From the NCBI RefSeq assembly GCF_001194135.2, contig NC_068982.1, forward strand, positions 55,887,536 to 55,928,031: a stretch of DNA of 40,496 bases, given 5' to 3'. This DNA comes from Octopus bimaculoides (lineage: Eukaryota). Each line of letters opens with the position of its first letter. The stretch's first letter is position 1. The position numbers and the translations under genes are program-made. Shown in pieces: positions 34,015-40,496 of this stretch. The notes beneath the pieces were generated by a model, which saw only the letters and a list, made by a program, of their open reading frames with translations, searched no databases and was not told the DNA's origin.

Positions 34015-34099
34015 TCCCCCTTGCATTGCTTGACAACCTATGCTGGTGTGTTTATGTCCCCGTCACTTAGCAGTTCGGCAAAAGAGAACGATAGAATAA
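33780..34099 (+). mobile_element. SINE family B, 3' end lost in gap
   Basis: Head, (TA)n(TG)n, 3' body to GATAGAATAA. Confidence 0.9.
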
Positions 34100-34514
34100 N
34101 NNNNNNNNNNNNNNNNNNNNNNNNNNNNNNNNNNNNNNNNNNNNNNNNNNNNNNNNNNNNNNNNNNNNNNNNNNNNNNNNNNNNNNNNNNNNNNNNNNNN
34201 NNNNNNNNNNNNNNNNNNNNNNNNNNNNNNNNNNNNNNNNNNNNNNNNNNNNNNNNNNNNNNNNNNNNNNNNNNNNNNNNNNNNNNNNNNNNNNNNNNNN
34301 NNNNNNNNNNNNNNNNNNNNNNNNNNNNNNNNNNNNNNNNNNNNNNNNNNNNNNNNNNNNNNNNNNNNNNNNNNNNNNNNNNNNNNNNNNNNNNNNNNNN
34401 NNNNNNNNNNNNNNNNNNNNNNNNNNNNNNNNNNNNNNNNNNNNNNNNNNNNNNNNNNNNNNNNNNNNNNNNNNNNNNNNNNNNNNNNNNNNNNNNNNNN
34501 NNNNNNNNNTGTTG

Positions 34515-34860
34515 TGGAGGCGCAATGGCCCAGTGGTTAGGGCAGCGGACTCGCGGTCATAGGATCGCGGGTTCGATTCCCAGACCGGGCGTTGTGAGTG
34601 TTTATTGAGCGAAAACACCTAAAGCTCCACAGGGCTCCGGCAGGGGATGGTGGCGAACCCTGTTGTACTCTTTCACCACAACTTTCTCTCACTCTTACTT
34701 CCTGTTTCTGTTGTACCTGTATTTCAAAGAGTCAGCCTTGTCACACTGTGTCACGCTGAATATCCCCGAGAACTACGTTGGGGGTGCACGTGTCTGTGGA
34801 GTGCTCAGCCACTTGCACGTTAATTTCACGAGCAGGCTGTTCCGACGGAGTGCCAGCAAG
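34515..34860 (+). mobile_element. SINE family C with 3' internal deletion
   Basis: Close match to 14444-14816; lacks the GTTGGTCGGAACCCTGGACGTCGTAGG segment. Confidence 0.9.
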
Positions 34861-34869
34861 CAAGCATTA

Positions 34870-35260
34870 TTGTTGTTATTCTGACTGAACACGCTTGAGA
34901 TCAAAGACGTTCCAGCCCTGCCCACCCTGTCGCCTTCTACATCAATGTAACATTCCTTTCTTTAAGACGTTTGAAGCGATTCGTGTAGGTTTAGTTAGTA
35001 GTTTTTAGTATGTCGAGCAACGCACAATGGTTCCTTCGTTGCTTTATTGTTCTTGTTACCCCAGGTCAGCGCTGATCAAGGAAAGCTAGGATAAAAAAGT
35101 GTTCGAGCTATGACCAATTCATCCTTCTCTGGACATTATGTATGCAAAACAAACTACACTAATCAACACCTGGTCGCTGAACAGGCTAGAGATAGCAGTG
35201 AAATCACATCGAGCAGTCTTAAAAGAGGAAGACATTTTGGGACTTATATATTGGATCCAC
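34870..35260. mobile_element. Cluster of family D fragments (two minus, one plus)
   Basis: 34870-35000 and 35045-35120 match the family D 3' part in reverse. 35185 CTAGAGATAGCAGTGAAATCAC matches the forward motif. Confidence 0.5.
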
Positions 35261-35374
35261 TTCCTTTGTTACATTTCAGATTTCTTTCTAACTTTACGTC
35301 TATTCCCGTCTGTTTTCTTTTCTTTCAACCGTTCTTTCATTTTACTTCCTACTTTCTTTTTTGTCTACACACAA

Positions 35375-35876
35375 TGATACATACATACATACACACATAC
35401 ATACATACACACATGCATACATACATACATCCATCCATCCATCCATCCATCCATACATACATACATACATACACACATTCATACACATACATACATACAT
35501 ACATACATACATACACACATACATACATACATACACATATACATACATACACACATACATACATACACACATACATACACACACACATACATACACATAC
35601 ATACATACATACAAACATACATAGGTACACATACATATACATACATACATACACACACATAAGACATACACACATACATACATACACACATACATACATA
35701 CATACATACATACACACACACATACATACATACATACATACAAACATACACACATACATAGGCACACATATATATACATACATACATACATACATACACA
35801 CACATAATATACACACACGTACATGCATACACACATACATACAAACATACATTGGTACACACACACACATATATAT
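35375..35876. repeat. Degenerate (ACAT)n/(AC)n array, about 500 bp
   Basis: Direct read. Confidence 0.95.
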
Positions 35877-36550
35877 TACTTTCTTTGTATCTTGCCTTTT
35901 CTTCTTTCTTTTACTAATACTTTATAATCTTCTATGTTCTTTCTTTTATTCACTTAGAATTTCATTCTTTCTATTGTTGAATCTACAACTTTCTGCCATT
36001 GGCTGTTTTTTTTTCTCTCTCTCTTACCGTTTCGTGTTTATTTTTCATCATTTATTTGTCTTTCATCTACTTCTCTGTTTCTTCCTTTATTTCAGTTTAG
36101 CTGAAGCTCTCGGCGTTCCCCGAGTACAAAAATAGGGAGAAACAGTTTTCATTTTTGTTAAACTAAATGAATTAATCTATAGTGAGAATTTGTGTTTTTC
36201 TATTTGTATTTTATTGTAATGTACTTTCCAGACTTCTATGTAGAAACTTCTGAGACTGTGTTTATTGCTCATTTTGATTTTGTTACATAAGAAAATACTG
36301 TCTTTATGTTTTATTTTGTATATACCTTCTGGTATTTCTGCACTGGAATGCAACAACCTACAACAGGAACAATTCTTTCAGGAATGAGTTTCATTCGCCA
36401 AAATTTCTAAGGAAGACATCTTTTGTTCTGTGGTTTGGTGTTTGCGCATACAACATGTAGTTGAACACGAGAGCAACATATACTTTTCGTTTCAACTCCA
36501 GAACCCCGTGGGGCTATCCTTGAAACTTGCTGATATTTATGGAAATAGAA

Positions 36551-36672
36551 AGCGGTGAACCGGCAGAATCGTTAGCATGTCAGATAAAATGCTTGGTGGT
36601 ATTTCATCCGACTTTACGTTCTGAGTTCAAACGCCTCGGACTCGACTTCACCTATCATCCTCGACGAATAAG
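36551..36672 (+). mobile_element. SINE family A, 5' part, degenerate
   Basis: AGCGGTGAACCGGCAGAATCGTTAGC...TTTACGTTCTGAGTTCAAA. Confidence 0.75.
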
Positions 36673-36920
36673 ACATGCTGTAGACATACCATAGATATCC
36701 TGTGATTCTTGTACGTTCTGATAGCCCCTATTAGTTATATATTAATTTAGATAAGTATTTGAAATAATATAGTCATTTGATCTCACTATTTCTCACATGC
36801 CCGTTCAGCCATTCATTCTAATTTTTCTTTAAATTGGAATATTATCTTTCAAAATGCCACTTATCCAATAATGTTGGATTCGTCATGTTCGATGCATTAT
36901 CTCACCTATTTGACATCAGT

Positions 36921-37012
36921 TTAAAATTTTACCTGAAGATGGTGGAGTATATGTTATGATGTAATCTATGAACACCGCAATAAAATTCTACCGAAACAGT
37001 TGTAAATTTTAA
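36921..37012 (+). ncRNA. Type I hammerhead motif with long loop II
   Basis: Stem I TTAAAATTTTAC/GTAAATTTTAA (11 bp, one bulge); CTGAAGA 36933-39; stem II GGTGGAGT/ATTCTACC (8 bp, 2 G-U); GAAAC 36993-97; A; GT-T cleavage triplet 36999-37001. Confidence 0.6.
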
Positions 37013-37510
37013 GCCTCATTTGTGTTCCTTTTTTATACATACACCTCACCTAAAACCAGCCCTGAATTGGGTCTACAGCTTAAATTGGATTTGATACTAA
37101 CACATCTACAAAACCCTACTAACATCTGATACCTTCGTGGTTGTTTTACCTCACTCTGAACCCAATATTATTGCACCTAGCCATTTCTGGCGTCCTATGT
37201 GTTGATGTGCCTAGATTCTCTTGAATCTTCTAACTAATCTCTCTCTCTCTCTCTCCCTCTGCATGCTCACACGGACCGTCCACGTCCTTCCGACTAATTT
37301 GGAGTACCTGATTCATGGATTTCTTACTCTACTCTTGGATTCATATGCGAATTGTCTTTGCGTGTGTGCGAGAGTGTGCGTGTGTGCGAGAGTGTGCGTG
37401 TGTGCACGTGTGTACGTGTCGTGTGTATGAGTTTGTGTTTCATAATATGAGATATCTTTCATGCTTTTCAATAACATATTTACAATCCACTACCCTTATT
37501 CCCTACTTTC

Positions 37511-37514
<4 letters not shown>

Positions 37515-37572
<58 letters not shown>

Positions 37573-38400
37573 NNNNNNNNNNNNNNNNNNNNNNNNNNNN
37601 NNNNNNNNNNNNNNNNNNNNNNNNNNNNNNNNNNNNNNNNNNNNNNNNNNNNNNNNNNNNNNNNNNNNNNNNNNNNNNNNNNNNNNNNNNNNNNNNNNNN
37701 NNNNNNNNNNNNNNNNNNNNNNNNNNNNNNNNNNNNNNNNNNNNNNNNNNNNNNNNNNNNNNNNNNNNNNNNNNNNNNNNNNNNNNNNNNNNNNNNNNNN
37801 NNNNNNNNNNNNNNNNNNNNNNNNNNNNNNNNNNNNNNNNNNNNNNNNNNNNNNNNNNNNNNNNNNNNNNNNNNNNNNNNNNNNNNNNNNNNNNNNNNNN
37901 NNNNNNNNNNNNNNNNNNNNNNNNNNNNNNNNNNNNNNNNNNNNNNNNNNNNNNNNNNNNNNNNNNNNNNNNNNNNNNNNNNNNNNNNNNNNNNNNNNNN
38001 NNNNNNNNNNNNNNNNNNNNNNNNNNNNNNNNNNNNNNNNNNNNNNNNNNNNNNNNNNNNNNNNNNNNNNNNNNNNNNNNNNNNNNNNNNNNNNNNNNNN
38101 NNNNNNNNNNNNNNNNNNNNNNNNNNNNNNNNNNNNNNNNNNNNNNNNNNNNNNNNNNNNNNNNNNNNNNNNNNNNNNNNNNNNNNNNNNNNNNNNNNNN
38201 NNNNNNNNNNNNNNNNNNNNNNNNNNNNNNNNNNNNNNCTCTCTCTCTCTCTCTCTCTCTCTCTCTTGATTTCTCTCTCTCTCTTGATTTCTCTCTCTCT
38301 CGCTTTCTCTCTCTTCCTCCCTATTCCTCCCTCCCTATCTTCGTCTCTGTCTGTCGGTCTGTCTGTCTCTGTTTCTGTCTCTTTGTCTCTATGTCTGGCG
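37515..38400. repeat. (CT)n array spanning a gap, grading into (TCTG)n
   Basis: Direct read. Confidence 0.9.
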
Positions 38401-39217
38401 GTCTCTTTAATTCCATCTCTATTTCTCTCTGTTTCTCATTTTCGGATTGCATTTTCCTTGGTCTCCTAATTTTCCCAATATTGCTTCCTTCTTTCTCCCC
38501 TCTTCCTTTCTTCTTCATCCCCTCTATATTACTCTTTTCGTTTATTCTTCCTAATACTTTCCTATACGGACCCCCCCCTCCCCCGATCTCTCTACTCTCA
38601 TTATTTCTCTCACATTTGTTAATCTCCGCCATAGTTGTCATAATACTTAGATTGCCGAAATACTTGGAATATTTCGCAGTTTGATTCATATATTTCCTTC
38701 ATTCATTTATTTTGGCAATGGACCGATCAGCTCAAGCTAAAAATCCGATATTATTTTCTATGGAAAGAATTTCGGATCTCGAATAAAGCAAATTCGGGAT
38801 TAATGAACACTAACGACAATCGAGAAAAAAAGAGAAAAAATTACAGAAGCAAAAATAGTTTCACTGTAACCGGTGAAGCGTTCGGTCGTTACAAACATTC
38901 AGTTAAGGGATTTGAAAAAGAAAAAAAAAAAAAAAGGTAAAAATATGAGTTTATTCCTTTCAAAATTGTAGCCCTACTCTATAGGGACATAATGGTTGTA
39001 AAGGAACACAAAGAGGTGTGACAGACGGATTCATAATGTTTGATTTCGATTCCCCTATATTCGGTTGTTCGCTGCTCAAGTTCTGAAAGAAATCGAGTGT
39101 CAATAAATCCATGATTGTGGCATTCGTGTACGATGAATAAAGTATTATTTAGGGAATGAAATTTATGTGAATTGATCATGAACCACCCACTAATTTGTAC
39201 ACGCCAGAAATCACTAC

Positions 39218-39267
<50 letters not shown>

Positions 39268-39626
39268 TTTAAGCATAGACTTGTAACAAAAAGAGACAAA
39301 AAGAGAGAAGGTACTTACTTTCATGTACCTNNNNNNNNNNNNNNNNNNNNNNNNNNNNNNNNNNNNNNNNNNNNNNNNNNNNNNNNNNNNNNNNNNNNNN
39401 NNNNNNNNNNNNNNNNNNNNNNNNNNNNNNNNNNNNNNNNNNNNNNNNNNNNNNNNNNNNNNNNNNNNNNNNNNNNNNNNNNNNNNNNNNNNNNNNNNNN
39501 NNNNNNNNNNNNNNNNNNNNNNNNNNNNNNNNNNNNNNNNNNNNNNTATCCCCCCCCCCAAGAAAAGCTCTACTTTGTAATTTGTCCATTTTCTGTATTT
39601 AGCCCTGTGTGGCTATAATAAAAAGA

Positions 39627-39627
<1 letters not shown>

Positions 39628-39699
<72 letters not shown>

Positions 39700-39707
39700 G
39701 TCTGTCG

Positions 39708-39759
<52 letters not shown>

Positions 39760-39854
39760 GACTGACTGTCTGTCTGTCTGTCTGCCGTGTGTGTATGTGA
39801 TATAATATAATATAATATATATACATATATATGTACGCATACACACACGCACCG

Positions 39855-39885
<31 letters not shown>

Positions 39886-39900
39886 TGTATGTATGTATAC
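39628..39900. repeat. Compound (TATC)n(TGTC)n...(TATG)n microsatellite
   Basis: Direct read; another (ATCT)n tract at 39218-39266. Confidence 0.95.
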
Positions 39901-40125
39901 ATTTAAAACCAACAAGGAAATAATTGTGATATTAATAACCTGATGTAAAGCTCAATATATATATGCTTCTGAACGAAGCGCTAGGTCGAGTACAGAGCAG
40001 TGATAAGAAAAGAGATGACAAAGGAATAAACGGTTATCTTATGAACTTCATTAGTGTAGAATTTCATAAGATAATCGTTTAATCCTTTGTCATCTCTTTA
40101 CTTATATATACAGTATATATATATA

Positions 40126-40496
40126 GTCGTAGGAGTGTGGTAAGTAGCTTGCTTTCCAACCACATGCGTGGCACCTTGCGCAAGTGTCTTCTACTATAGC
40201 CTCGGGCCGACCAAAGCCTTGTGAGTGGATTTGGTAGACGGAAACTGAAAGAAGCCCGTCGTATATATATGTATATATATATATGTATGTGTGTGTATAT
40301 GTTTGTTTGTCTGTGTTTGTCCCCCCCAACATCGCTTGACAACCGATGGTGGTGTGTTTACGTCTTCGTAACGTAGCGGTTTGGTAAAAGAGAATGATAG
40401 AATAAGTACTAGGCTTACAAAGAATAAGTCTTGGGGTCGATTTACTCGACTAAAGGCGGTGCTCCAGCATGGCCACAGTCAAATGACAGAAACAAG
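40126..40496 (+). mobile_element. SINE family B, near full length to window end
   Basis: Head with an internal deletion, (TA)(TG) spacer, tail GGCGGTGCTCCAGCATGGCCACAGTCAAATGACAGAAACAAG. Confidence 0.9.

Noticed and set aside
35110-36135. 341-aa His/Thr/Tyr/Ile ORF and its antisense MCVC ORFs
   Set aside because: Translation of the (ACAT)n array, which lacks stops by composition.
4288-39618. Long ORFs containing X runs (e.g. 17474-18496, 22863-23744, 32288-33130, 37315-38684)
   Set aside because: They are open only because N gaps contain no stop codons; the flanks are microsatellite translations.
1-40496. CRISPR array, rRNA, prokaryotic operon or telomeric repeats
   Set aside because: No constant-repeat/unique-spacer array, rRNA-like sequence, gene-dense block or TTAGGG array is seen. 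Recurrent motifs are dispersed SINE parts.

Overview
This is AT-rich, gap-ridden eukaryotic DNA. Its repeat families and dense microsatellites suggest a cephalopod (Octopus-like) short-read assembly; the species is an inference. I can support no intact host protein-coding gene, so the window reads as intronic or intergenic. It contains many tRNA-headed SINE copies (working names A, B, C, plus an older dispersed family D) and four diverged 3' fragments of R4/Dong-type restriction-like-endonuclease LINEs, each ending in (AAT)n-type repeats. It also has three Tx1/L1-type relics: a 1.8-kb element with ORF1 and an apparent 3' end but no ORF2, a second decayed ORF1, and an ORF2 C-terminus. An RTE-type RT fragment, a hAT MITE and a probable small MITE in two inverted copies are also present. 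Four Penelope-style type I hammerhead ribozyme motifs lie on the + strand, one with an intact catalytic core (25871-25938). The 12 N-gaps (4506-4885, 11378-11633, 12849-13022, 17666-18200, 20412-20769, 23071-23642, 25400-25502, 26198-26304, 32358-33117, 34100-34509, 37573-38238, 39331-39545) mostly abut microsatellites or repeats. Most long ORFs in the track are gap or microsatellite artefacts. Repeat boundaries were read by eye and are approximate (about +/-10-30 bp).
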